A stretch of DNA of 63,420 nucleotides, filler included, from Octopus bimaculoides (lineage: Eukaryota): the NCBI RefSeq assembly GCF_001194135.2. It is 6 parts of 6 records of this genome, joined end to end, with 100 filler letters (N's around TTAATTAATTAA, not from the genome) between each part and the next. Parts side by side here need not be neighbours in the genome. Positions count along the whole stretch, not along the records: positions 1 to 22,035 come from NC_068981.1; positions 22,136 to 32,030 come from NC_068992.1; 4 more parts are not named here. One strand, written 5' to 3'. The notes beneath the pieces were generated by a model. That model was given only the letters and a program-made list of their open reading frames with translations, was not told the origin of the DNA and did no database searches. Shown one piece after another: positions 12,652-25,026 of this stretch. A program made the translations under genes and the position numbers. Within the stretch, counting starts at the first letter, position 1; every line of letters starts with the position of its first letter.

Positions 12652-13088
12652 AAGGCGACGAGCTGACAGAATCGTTAGCACACCGGGCGAAATGCTTAGC
12701 GGTATTTCGTTTGTCTTTACGTTCTGAGTTCAAATTCCGCCGAGGTCGACTTCGCCTTTCATCCTTTCGGGGTCGATAAATTAAGTACCAGTTGCTTACT
12801 GGGGTCGAACTAATCGACTGGCCCACTCCCACAAAGATTTCAGGCCTTGTGCCTATAGCAGAAAGGAATACTACAGTCAAGGCAGCAAGCTGACAGAATA
12901 GTTACCTCACCGGACAAAATGCTTTGCAACATTTCTTCTGGCTATTTACGTTCTGAGTACAAATGCCACTCAGGCCAACTGTGCCTGTTGTCCTTTTAAT
13001 AAGTACCAATTGAGCACTTGGGTCGATGCAATCAACTTACTCCACCCCACAAAATTTCAGGCCTTGCAACTATAGTAGAAAGAGCTAT
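12652..13088 (+). mobile_element. Two tandem SINE-A copies
   Basis: Heads at ~12652 and ~12879; AATACTAC(T/A)GTCAAGG is duplicated on both sides of the first copy (TSD-like). Confidence 0.9.
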
Positions 13089-14388
13089 TAGTATCACTGC
13101 CAATATCAACCACACTACAAACATAACCACGAGCCCAAACATACAGCCTCTGAATAGTCATCCCATCTGCAAGAAATAACAGCTAAAATCTCTTCAATCC
13201 AAACCGAACCTTTTTTTAAGAAAAAGGGACCCAAGAAGGATAATGTAGTTCGGGAATATACTTTACTTGAAAATAAGAAGCGCAGGTCATGGTTGGAACG
13301 TTTGTATCTGAGCACTGACCAAAGTTAGTACCTTCGTTAGCACTAAATAATTGTATTGTATTATACCAATACTACCACTACTACACCGTCCTCCATTAAC
13401 ACCACCACCACTACCACCAACACTACTAACCACACCACTTACCATCCATCTCCGTTGTTGTTACCACCATTAACCACCCACTATCTTCTATGTTCAATAG
13501 AAACGTATTAAGTAACATTACACATTCGTCCATCAAGTGAAAACGAGGACATATGCGTCAAGCAATCTGGCTGAAAACAAATATGCGTATATTAAATTCT
13601 CTAGCAGTAATAACATGCCTCGAGCTATATAACATGCTTCGAGCTATATAACATGCCATCGACAAGCTGTTTATCATCATAGACGAAAGGATATCTGAGC
13701 AGTGATATCTGAAGATATAAAAGATATCAGCGTCGTTATAAAAGCAAATAAATGCATGTAATGCATATACGTATCATAAAATGGAAATTATATGCTCGCG
13801 CAGACATACGCATACGCTTATACGCATATATTGGAATAGTCACGTAACAGTTACTCACACGCACATACATACGTGTTTTCATGTGTAATTATATATAATA
13901 TCGTTTTTATCATTCACATGTTTTCTATTTTCTCTATTTTTTGTTGTTGCTGTTGTTGTTTTTTGTTTTTTTTGGAGGGAGATGAGTAGTGATGGAATAA
14001 AAATAATTACTTATTGTTCAATGCAGAGAATAGAGTGAATTATATTAATGGTAGGGAAAAGTCAGACCCCATTGTGAATTAGGAATTAAAAGTACGAAGA
14101 CATTCGTCGCCATTTATTGCTATAAAAAGGCATTTGGCTGTTGGTCGGAAACGGAACCTGACTAAGTGTTAGAATAACTCTACTGCCCTGCAGATGTTCA
14201 TTTCGTCTTCACTAAGAATAATTCTCACCATTTTCAATGAACTTCCTTATGAAAAATATATAAATATAACTATAAAATCTCTGTATGTCACTATCTGCTT
14301 GTGGGTTCTGTGACGCTGTATGAATGTTACACGTACGTACATGCACTGCCAGGATTGAAGTAAAAGTTTCCTTATCTCATGTATATTT

Positions 14389-14480
<92 letters not shown>

Positions 14481-14584
14481 TCATTGTTTATTTTTTATGT
14501 GTTCCAGTCATTGGACTGTGGCCATGCTGAGACACCATCTCGAAAGGTTTCAGTCGTACAAATCATCACCGATTGCCAATCTTG

Positions 14585-15090
14585 GGAGCAGTCAAAGTCG
14601 TGAGTTCGATGCCCCCGACGGCTCGTTGTGTCTTTGAGCAAGACATTTTATTTCACGTTGTTCCAGTCCGCTTACCCGGCAAAAATGAACAGTACCTGTA
14701 TTTCAAAGGGTCAGCCTTGTCACATCCTGCGTCACGCTGAATCTCCCTGAGAACTACGTTAAGAGTACGTGTGTCTGTGGAGCGCTTAGATATATGCACG
14801 TTAATCCGAGGGGAGGGGCTGTTCCGTCGATCAGATCAGCTGGAACACTCGTTGTGGTAACTGACGGTGTACTATACATATATATTTTTTTTTTAACTTT
14901 CTTTTATTCTTTTACTTGTTTTAGTCATTTGACTGCCGCCATGCTGGAGCACCGCCTTAAAGGGCTTTAGTCGAAGAAATCGACCCCAGGACTTATTCTG
15001 TGTTTACCACCCCGTAACTTGCTTAGTAGTTATTAAGCGTCTCTTTTGCTGAACTGCAAGTTACGGGGTGGTAAACACACGGTTGTCTAG
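14585..15090. mobile_element. SINE-C (+, ~14585-14870) and SINE-B tail (-, ~14905-15090)
   Basis: Both match the other family copies in this window. Confidence 0.8.
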
Positions 15091-15149
15091 CGATGGTGAT
15101 AAACATAGGTACAGAGACATACACACATAAATATACATACATATATATA

Positions 15150-15562
15150 CATATACGATGGGATTCTTACAGTTTCAATCGAGAATTTGATTTGAAACGA
15201 CTCCAACCAATTGTGAAACATGGCGGTATCTCTGTAATGGTATGGGGAGCTGTCACCAGCAATGGTCTTTCTGAGCTGATCGAATGTGTTGGAACCATAA
15301 GCTCTGAAAAATACATCGAAATACTTAAGCAAGGACTACTTCCGATGTATTCACACAATAACATAACGAAAAATGAGTTTTTATCCATGGAAGATGGGGC
15401 TCCATGCCACACAGCGAAAAGGAATCAACAATGTCTGACTGAAAATGGGATCAGAAAGCTTCCTTGGCCGAACCAATCTCCTGACATGAACCCAATTGAA
15501 AATCTATGGAGCATACTAGATAGAGCTATACGAAAAACTCGACAGAAACCTAAGTCCAAAGA
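15150..15562 (+). mobile_element. Tc1-family transposase catalytic fragment (DD34E)
   Basis: VKHGGISVMVWG..KYIEIL..EDGAPCH..LPWPNQSPDMNPIENLW; 34 residues counted between the second D and the E. Truncated by a gap. Confidence 0.93.
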
Positions 15563-15797
15563 NNNNNNNNNNNNNNNNNNNNNNNNNNNNNNNNNNNNNN
15601 NNNNNNNNNNNNNNNNNNNNNNNNNNNNNNNNNNNNNNNNNNNNNNNNNNNNNNNNNNNNNNNNNNNNNNNNNNNNNNNNNNNNNNNNNNNNNNNNNNNN
15701 NNNNNNNNNNNNNNNNNNNNNNNNNNNNNNNNNNNNNNNNNNNNNNNNNNNNNNNNNNNNNNNNNNNNNNNNNNNNNNNNNNNNNNNNNNNNNNNNN

Positions 15798-15902
<105 letters not shown>

Positions 15903-16546
15903 ATGTATGTATGTATGAAAGAGTATTTAGGTAATAGAGAGAGTCACTAACAAATCTTATATTCACATCTTGACAACGTTTTCTCCTCTCTGTTACCCCA
16001 ACTGCTCATACTTTACCATCAGCTTAGCTCTGTCTATATCTTTCTGTATAAGTCAGTGTCACTGTGTCTAACCTACTCATTCATATAAATGAAGTTTGCA
16101 TAATTTATTCAATACTGAAATAAACCTCGTCATTTTTACGAGTACTATGCTCATTATACATAAAACATAAATCACTTTAGGTGCGTGTATGTGTATGTAT
16201 GTGTGCGCGTGCGCGTGTTTGTCTCTGTCTGTACATGTATAAACGTCTACGTGTATTGTGTGCGTGTATATATGTGTATGTGTTTGGGTCGAATCGTAGT
16301 ATTGAAACACAACTAGAATACCAAGATTAGCAAAGAAAGCTACCACCAATACTGTAAATGACAATACCACCATCCGTTTGTTCTATATATAATTTTTTTT
16401 TTTAGTACCTCATAAAGTTACACCTTTCTTTTATTGAACCTTACATAAAATATCTGAGCAGTAAATATTTATAAAACTTTGATGATAAACTTAAATTAGG
16501 CAATAAATTTCGATTATACAAAAACTATAATCACATTCCAATACAG

Positions 16547-17410
16547 CACCGATCTAAGGTAGCGGGCCGGAAGAGTCGTTGGCACGCCGGGCAAAAAGCT
16601 TTGCGGCATTTCGTCTGTCTTCACGTTCTCAGTTCAAATGCTACCGATGTCAACTTTGTCTTTCATCCTTTCGGGGTTAATAAAATAAGTACCCGTTGAA
16701 CACTGGGGTCGATGTAATCGATCTAATCCTTCCTCGAAATTGCTGGCCTTCTGCCAAAATTTGAAATCAATATAACACCGATCTAAAGGGGAAAATTCTA
16801 CTGGAAGAATCTTTAAAGCGTCGGAGAAAATATTTTGTAGTATTTCTTCCTACCTTTTACATTCTGAATTCAAATTCTGACGCGGTCAGCTTTTCTTCTA
16901 CATTAGGCACAAGGCCTAAAATTATCGGGGAGGGGGTTAGTCGCTTACATCAACACCAATGCTCAACTGATATTATTTAATCGACCTTAAGGCGGTGAGC
17001 TGGCAGAATCGTTAGCAAGTCGAGCAAAATGCTTGGCGGCAATTACGTTCTGAGTTCAAATTCCGCCGAAGTCAACTTTGCCTTTCATCTTTTCGGGGTC
17101 GGTGAAATAAGTACTAGTTGAACACTGACGGTCGATGTAATCGACTTACCTACTCCCTCGAAATTGCTGGCCTTCTGCCAAAATTTGAAATCGATATATA
17201 ATCGATCCCGAACGCAAAAAAAAAAAGAAAAACCGGAAGAAATGCCGCTAAACATTTTCCCCGACGTACTGACGATTCTGCTAGCTTATCGTTTGCAACT
17301 TTTCGGGATCGTTAAAATAAAGTACCAGTGAAGTACAGGGATCGGTTGTACAGAAATCGATTGTACGGACCTCACCTCAAAACTGCAGGCCTTGTGCCTA
17401 AGTAGGGAAC
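16547..17410. mobile_element. Cluster of 5-6 nested SINE-A copies
   Basis: The + copy at ~16556-16775 has the 11-bp TSD CACCGATCTAA (16547-57, 16776-86). A + copy at ~16987-17198 splits a minus-strand copy (tail ~16898-16986, head ~17200-17290). Confidence 0.8.
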
Positions 17411-18109
17411 CGATATAATACTGATTTGAATATTTTTCTTTTTTATTTTATAATTCGAGTTGCCTTTTTGCACAAGAAATATACAACGCATGAACAGAAG
17501 CGAAACGAAGTCCCATGGTTAGGACTAATTGACTGAAAATTATTAACCAATAGATACTCTTTTCATTGTGCTCAGCTACAATGTTTGACATTGTGTTTTT
17601 TATATATATTTTGCAAGGCCTTCGTTTATTCGGGTGATTAAAAACGTTATTGACTCAGTGCACCGCTCTCCCGCAAAAAGTGTGAATATAAAGAAGTAGG
17701 AGAGTATTGATGATTTCACTAGATTTGCCATATTGACTTTAGAATTTAATCATAAAATCATCTTCTCCAACTAAATTCTTTTGCGACAACTGACAAACAA
17801 ATGTAGAGTCAAAAAGAGCCATTTTTGGTTGCAAGATATAATCTCACAAAATTGAGATGAAATCTATCCGGAAAATAAAAACAAAAATCACAGAACAGTC
17901 TTTATTGCTTCATATCTGTTTTCCGATATGAATTATAATTCTTAATAGTTTGTTTTTCTCAAAGCAGTTTTCTCTTATATTCTTTGCAGAAAATTACTGT
18001 ATTTTGTTCGAATTCAAATATTCTCTATTATTCTCTCTTCATTTTAACATGTTTCTCTTATTTTTATCTACCCCTCACGGCAATGTTGGTCAATTATCAA
18101 CTATTCAAA

Positions 18110-18468
18110 AGCAGCGAGCTGGCTGAATTGCTAGCACGTCAGGTAAAATGCTTAGCGGCATTTTGTCCTTCTTCATGTTCTGTGTTGAAAACTGGGTCGA
18201 TGTAATCGATTTACCTCATCTATCGAAATGGCTGTCCTGTGCCAAAATTCGAAGTCAATTATTAACAGTTCAAAGTCAACGAGCTCGCAAAATTGCTAGC
18301 ACACCGGGCAAAATGCTTAGCATCATTTTTACCGGCTTTTTACGTTCTGAGTTCAAATTATGCCGAGGTTGGCTTTGCCTTTCACCCTGTCGGATTCGAT
18401 AAAAATAAGAAACCAGTTAATCACTCCCAAAATTTCAGACATTATTCCTATAGTAGAAAGAATTACGA
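18110..18468 (+). mobile_element. Two tandem SINE-A copies
   Basis: Heads GCGAGCTGGCTGAATTGCTAGC (~18113) and GAGCTCGCAAAATTGCTAGC (~18281). Confidence 0.8.
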
Positions 18469-19646
18469 ACAATTCAAAAATATTTTTTAAAACATGTCGC
18501 ACTTTAATCCTGTCACGAAAGAACATTTCAGTTTTGTGGGAAGTACCCTGGAAGGTTATCATATTTATCACTGTCAGAGCAGGTTGAATGTATTCAACTG
18601 GTGGTCTCTACTGTTCGCCATAGCAAATGTTTTGGCCTTATGTTCGATTCTATTCCAAATAAAGTACTGTTATGTCTCAAGCTACTGCTATCTAGCACCT
18701 TCGGATGATTCCTACTCAACCGCTACACAACTGCTACTCAACTGCTACTCAACACTCCTACCACGGCCAGACTACCTCTATTTATATGTCTCGGGAGATC
18801 CTACTTCTTCCCCTGAGGGCGTCGACACAAGTACACTGAGAACAAGTGGTTAAAACAGTTCTTTACATTGATATGTATTTTGGAGAGAAGACCAGTTTCC
18901 TTAACGATCTTTTCTTGAATTTATCCAGTTGAAATGATGGTAAAAATGCGATAGAAATAATTTTGGAACAATTTATAAATGAGGAAAATACCGTTATAAG
19001 ATTGTCAATAGCAATACCATGGTAGTGCTACAGTTATGTTGCATGAAAGTGGTGTGCAAGAGAAAATTAATGAAAACTATTTGCAGAACTAGTTTTGTAA
19101 TCAGCAATAATTATTTACTCAATATCAGTTGGAATGCGTGCTGCCAACCATGATGTATTGATAGTAACTGAGGTCCATATGGCTGTTTGGGGGGGGGGGG
19201 TCACTATAAGATTTTGTTGATAAAACTTATGTGCAATAAATTGCTTATAATTCTACAATGCACAAAATATTTTAACAACTTTTTTATACAATTCCTAATA
19301 ATATTCAATTATGATAATATAATAGGAATTTTTGAAACATCGAATTGTTATGAGGGTCCATCTGAGTAAAATAGGAATCAAAGGGATATCACCGTCATAA
19401 ATATGACGGTGATATCATATTTATCACCGTCATATTTATCTGACGGTGATAAATATGAAAACCTTCCAGGGCACTTCCCACAAAACTGAAATGTTTTTTC
19501 GGGACAGGATTAATGTCTGACATGTTTTAAAAAATATTTTTGAATTGTTCGTAATTCTTTCTACTATAGGAATAATGTCTGAAATTTTGGGAGTGATCTC
19601 GACAGGATGAAAAGTAAAGTCGACCTCGGCATAATTTGAACTCAGA
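18346..19646. repeat. Long inverted repeat: arms 18346-18578 and 19439-19646
   Basis: The right arm is the reverse complement of the left at high identity, including both SINE-A and non-repeat sequence, with a ~27-bp deletion in the right arm. Confidence 0.92.
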
Positions 19647-20540
19647 GACCCGCTGCTTTATTCGGTACAATTCAGTCACTTTATAAATTTTTCCTGCTCA
19701 ACTTTCTGTTGACAAAAGATGAAAAGTGACATACCAGTAGTTATACAGTGGAAATCTGAAACCCGACTGAGTTTCAGAATAGAGATTGTGAAACGATTTC
19801 GTGACTACATTGATATCATAACAGAACTTTTGCAAAGCAATTATTGATGGCCAAAATCAAACTGATGATAGAAGGTAGTTGATGCAAGCTGGTTGATGCA
19901 AAGTAGTTGATGAATCAAATTTCAACTTTTAATTTCTCATATTCTATTGTCTTATAATGTTGGTCCTAGATTCCTAGCACATAGAGTACTGACGAGATGG
20001 TCAAAACTGGAATTACTTTTATGGTAAGTCTATTTGACCAGGACTGACCTTGAGATAAATAATAAAAACGTAAACACTACAACAGAAACAGCATACACAC
20101 ACACACACACACACACAAACATAAGCCCACACGCACATACGCACACATGCACACATACCACACTTGCACGCATGCACATACATGCATGCGCGCACGCACA
20201 TACACACACACACACACACACATGTACACACGTACATTCATTCGCACATCAGAGAACAGAGCATATACTCAATGAACATATAATGCAATACCATATAAAC
20301 ACACTCAGTATATTGTAAAAGCCCATACTTAGACTCATAAACACACGCACACAAACACCATACACACTCACACGCACGCATACACTCAGATACACACTCA
20401 CACACACATGCACGCACATTCAACGCAAATTATGCCTCACACAATTCACACATACTCATTCATACAACACACGTACACACACTCTTACACCATCATGAGA
20501 GGCAATACACGCACGCAAACACGCACAAACAAATACATAC

Positions 20541-20571
<31 letters not shown>

Positions 20572-21269
20572 AATACATGCACACACACATGCAACACGTA
20601 CAAAAATCGCTCATATACGCACTACGTGGTCGGTTGATTTTGTGGAAATAACAGTCACATTTAGCTCCAATAAACCTCCAACTGTCTCTAAGAAAAGCAA
20701 AAATGGTCTTGTAGGATAATGTAGTACAAGGTATACGAAAAGATGAGATGATCACGGTTGGAAAGTCTTTGATCAATCAAAGCTGACTTGGAATACATAA
20801 CAAAGCAACAATATCACACACTACAAATAAGACAACATGCAACACACACACGCACACACACACACACTCTCACACACACTCACCCACACACTCACACACA
20901 CATACACACACAGTTACATCATAACTTTGATAACACTAACACCACACCTTTACAAGGCCAGGTCGTCTGCTTCATATTAAAGAAATTATCCATTTAAATT
21001 GCGCATTTCCTCCTCCTCCTCCTCCTCTCAGCCTGATATATATTTCTACCCATATATATGTGTGTGCGTGTGTATGCGTGTGTGTGTGTGTGTCTATGTA
21101 GGGATATATGTATGTGCATGTAATGTGTGCGATGCAATGAACTACATACTTCAGTCTGTAATTGTTTTGCTATTTCTGTTAAGGATACATATGGGTCATA
21201 ATACTTTTATCTGTTAGATTTGTGTGGATGTCAATAAATATATATATGTGTTTGTAAGTCACACACACA

Positions 21270-21309
<40 letters not shown>

Positions 21310-21794
21310 TACACACACACACACACACAAACACACATTCTCATCCAACCATCTTATACGTCTACACTTTCCTTGCCACTTCAATCATTGACCATCTCTT
21401 TTACAGCTTTGTTTCTTCTTGTCTCTCATCTCCCAAATACCTCCTTCCCCCGTTCTCTCTTCTTCCTCTTTCTGTCTATTCCTTCTCTGTGTGTTTCTCC
21501 TCCTCCTCCTCCTCCTCCTCTTCTCTGTCCTCTTTCCCTCCTCTCTCACTTTCTTTCTTTCGTCATAGACACTCACGAGACATCTACATTACAGACATTC
21601 TATCTTTTTTTCTACACAAACTCTAACGCCAACATCAGCGACGTGCCATCGACGAAGCCTCTACCCGATCGCTCGACCCGCTAGAAAGAGCAGTCAAACC
21701 TCTTTTCAATTAATTCCACATTCATTGTGCTGGAAACTGATATTAATACATTGAAATAATGCGCTTCTGGATTTTCTGCACATACGAAAAAAGA

Positions 21795-21857
21795 CGAGAT
21801 GTTCACGGCTGGAACGTCTTTGATCATGGGTCTGTTTGATCAAGGCCAACCTGGTGC

Positions 21858-21908
<51 letters not shown>

Positions 21909-21915
21909 GCAATAA
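21795..21915 (+). mobile_element. Family-D short repeat with (AAC)n tail (retroposon 3' end)
   Basis: GAGATGTTCACGGCTGGAACGTCTTTGATCATGGGTCTG..ACCTGGTGCTAAACAACAAC matches copies at 4.5-4.9 kb, 20.7 kb and 46.5-47.4 kb. Confidence 0.65.
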
Positions 21916-22035
21916 CAAAAGGAAAAACGACAAAACAACATAAACTTGCCGAATAAACCCTGAACGTTTGCCCCCAGCAAACGCCCCACAAAACGCCCTC
22001 GAACGTTTGAACGGCAAATCTCTCTCGTGTACACT

Positions 22036-22135
22036 NNNNNNNNNNNNNNNNNNNNNNNNNNNNNNNNNNNNNNNNNNNNTTAATTAATTAANNNNNNNNN
22101 NNNNNNNNNNNNNNNNNNNNNNNNNNNNNNNNNNN
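22036..22135. other. Artificial scaffold-joining spacer
   Basis: 44 N + TTAATTAATTAA (stops in all six frames) + 44 N. Confidence 0.95.
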
Positions 22136-22300
22136 GGTGTGTTTATGTCCCTGTAACTTAGCGGTTCAACAAAAGAGACCAATAGAATAAGTACTAGGCT
22201 TGCAAAGAATAAGTCCTCTTGGGGTCAATTTGTTCGACTAAAGGCAGTGCTCCAGCATGGCCACAGTCAAATGACTGAAACAAGTAAAAGAATAAAAGAA
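22136..22300 (+). mobile_element. SINE-B 3' module
   Basis: GTAACTTAGCGGTTC..GAATAAGTCC..CAGCATGGCCACAGTCAAATGACTGAAACAAGTAAAAGAATAAAAGAA. Confidence 0.88.
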
Positions 22301-22332
22301 TATAATATACAAATACATATATACATATATTT

Positions 22333-22442
22333 CTGTTGATGAGCATGGCTCGAAACGTAAAAGACTTTCTCACCTTCCTGAGCGTTAAACTAATACACCT
22401 GTTTGTTGTTTATACACCTGTCTTCGTCTTTTGCTTTTCTGT
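22333..22442 (+). mobile_element. Penelope-like terminal repeat fragment with a degenerate minimal hammerhead-like motif
   Basis: TTGATGAGCATGGCTCGAAACGTAAAAGAC; the GAAACGT(A/T)AAAGAC segment is shared with the motif at 40285-40320. Confidence 0.5.
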
Positions 22443-22444
22443 AA

Positions 22445-22489
<45 letters not shown>

Positions 22490-22744
22490 TATACATACAT
22501 ATATATATGCCTAACTGACTTCATTAACTTCACTACTTGACATGAAAGAGATGGAGATGAAGGGGAGAGTTCTGTCCACCAATAAATTTACAATAAGTTT
22601 AATGGTGATGAAATATGGTCTGGTCAGTTTTTGAGGCTGATAAAATATAGCATCAGTCAAACACAGAGATTAATGATTTTTCATTTGCCATTCATCTCAA
22701 GACTACTGATCTTATGCATAAATCAGAAACCACTATTAATGATT

Positions 22745-23220
22745 TCAAACTTTGGCACAAGACCAGCAAGTTGGTGGGGTGGGGGCAGTGCTCAATTGAT
22801 AATTATTTTACCAACCCCGAAACAATGGAAAGTAAAGTTGACCTCATCGGAATTTGAACTCAGAAACATAAAGACAGACATGATGCCACTAAGCATTGCA
22901 CAAAAGATTTTGGCACCTCGAGCCTAAGAAACCATTATTATTAACAATTAACAAAAAAAAAAAAAAAGCAAGCTGGCAGAACTGCAAGGGTTTGGAACAA
23001 ATGCTCTGTGCTATTTGTTCCACCTCTTTACATTCTGAGTTCAAATTCCACCAAGGTCAACACTGCATTTCATCTCACCAAGGTTGATGAAATAAAGTAC
23101 CAATAGAATAAGTACCATACTTAACAATAAGTACCAGAGTCGATTTGCTCAGCAAAAAACATTCTGCTTGGTGCCCCCAGAATGGCCACAATCCAGTCAC
23201 TGAAACATGTAAAAGATAAG
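22745..23220. mobile_element. SINE-A (-, ~22745-22925) and SINE-A/B hybrid-tailed copy (+, ~22965-23220)
   Basis: B-box GAGTTCAAATTCC in both orientations; central domain recognisable. Confidence 0.7.
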
Positions 23221-24775
23221 ACAGAAACAGCCATTTGCATCATTTTTTGTATTGCAAGATGGCTGCCTCAGATGTAAGTCGCTCAGGAAGAGGTACTTAC
23301 AGCAGCAGTAACCTCAGTAGAATAAGCAAGGATGCCCAGAAATTATTTTTAAACATGAAATAACATATTTAGAAGAAAAAAGAATATGAAATCTTTCAAT
23401 CTGTGTAAACCTGCCATGTACTTATTTTAACCTATGCCCAGCATTCTCTTAATGTTCTTTTATCCATTGCCCTTGTAGCAACAATAAAAATCCTAATCAC
23501 CATCACCATTACTACAACCATCATCATTCAAGCCCATCTTTCTCTCTCTTCCAACATTTTTGGCTGTATCTCTCAATATAATTACTACTACTACTACTAC
23601 TATTTTGCAGATCATCCACCAAAATATGAGGAACTGAAGACCAAAAAAATAAAAAAAGGAAGAATCAAAACATTCCTGGAAACATTTTATTGTTAAGAAA
23701 GAAGAAAGACTACCTAAACCATATCTCTCTTCTGTATGTCCATAAAGCAAAGTATTTTATAGACCAGCATACATATATATATATATATATATATATACAG
23801 AGAGAGATAGCGGGGAGAAAGAGATACATAAGTATAGATCTACTGCTGGAGATCAATAACCCATTATTGGGTTAACGAAATTTGAAACCTAGCAGAAACG
23901 AGAGATATCTTGGCACTTTAAAGAATGAAGTAAATTGACAACGAAAAACAAAATGCAAAGGGAAAAAAAAGCAAAATCAAAAACAAAAAAGAGAAAAGAA
24001 ATAAAGAAAAAGAAAAGTCGACGACTATAATAATGTATAACGGGTAAATATCTACATCAAACTCACACCATCAAGAATCATTGTTATGTATGATAAAGCA
24101 ATCCAGTTTTAAAACTATTATGCAGGCCGGCCATCTTAGCCAGTAAATTTTATGAATGATGGATCATAAACGATGAAATCGGAACAGCTAAATGAGCCCA
24201 CACTAGTTTATGTTGTTGTAGGCAAGTAGCAAGAAGGCACTTGCTTTTAAGTGTATCAAGGTTAACATAGAGTAGCATGTGTTCGTGAGTGGAGGGGAGG
24301 AAAGGGGTACCGCAAAACTTCCTATGTGGTTTCCCCACATTACGCTACTCTTGTTTGAGTGGGGTCTCTTTCTTCTCGTTGTTATCTTGTTGTTCTATAC
24401 AGTTATCGTTATTTATTCTTATATGTTTATTTACTGTATCTTTATTGACCTGGTATTTATTGATCGCCTTATAACTCTCTTTCCCACTCATTTTTTCTAA
24501 TTTCCTCTTTGTACTATCCCCCAACGCCTTGAGTCCTTGTGGCTAATGAAATAAATTTTTATTATTATAGCTATTATTATTATTATTATTATCATCATCA
24601 TCAACATCATCATCATTATTATTATTATTATTATTATTTAGACGAACTTTCCTACCTTTTCGGACAAAACCTTTTGTAACCTTCGTCCTGTCTTTGTCCT
24701 TATATATTTTTAATTGATATTAGCCCTTGTGACCAATAAAACGAATTAATTATTATTATTATTATTATTATTATT

Positions 24776-24977
24776 AAGGAGGCAAGCTGGCAGAATCGTT
24801 AGCATGCAGGGCAGCACTTTGTCCATCTTAACGTTGTGAGTTCAAATTCCGCCAATGTCAGCTTTGCCTTTCATTCTTTCAGGGTCAATAAATTAAGTAC
24901 CAGTTGAGTACTGGGATCAGTGTAATTGACTTAACTCCTCCCACCAAATTTCAGACCTTGTGCCTTCAGTAGAAAGG

Positions 24978-24980
<3 letters not shown>
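24776..24980 (+). mobile_element. Full-length SINE-A embedded in (TTA)n on both sides
   Basis: TTATTATTAAGGAGGCAAGCTGGCAGAATCG..AGTAGAAAGGATTATTATT. Confidence 0.9.

Positions 24981-25026
<46 letters not shown>

Noticed and set aside
22080-22091. TTAATTAATTAA as a regulatory or homeobox palindrome
   Set aside because: It always sits centred in exactly 44+44 Ns, so it is a synthetic linker.
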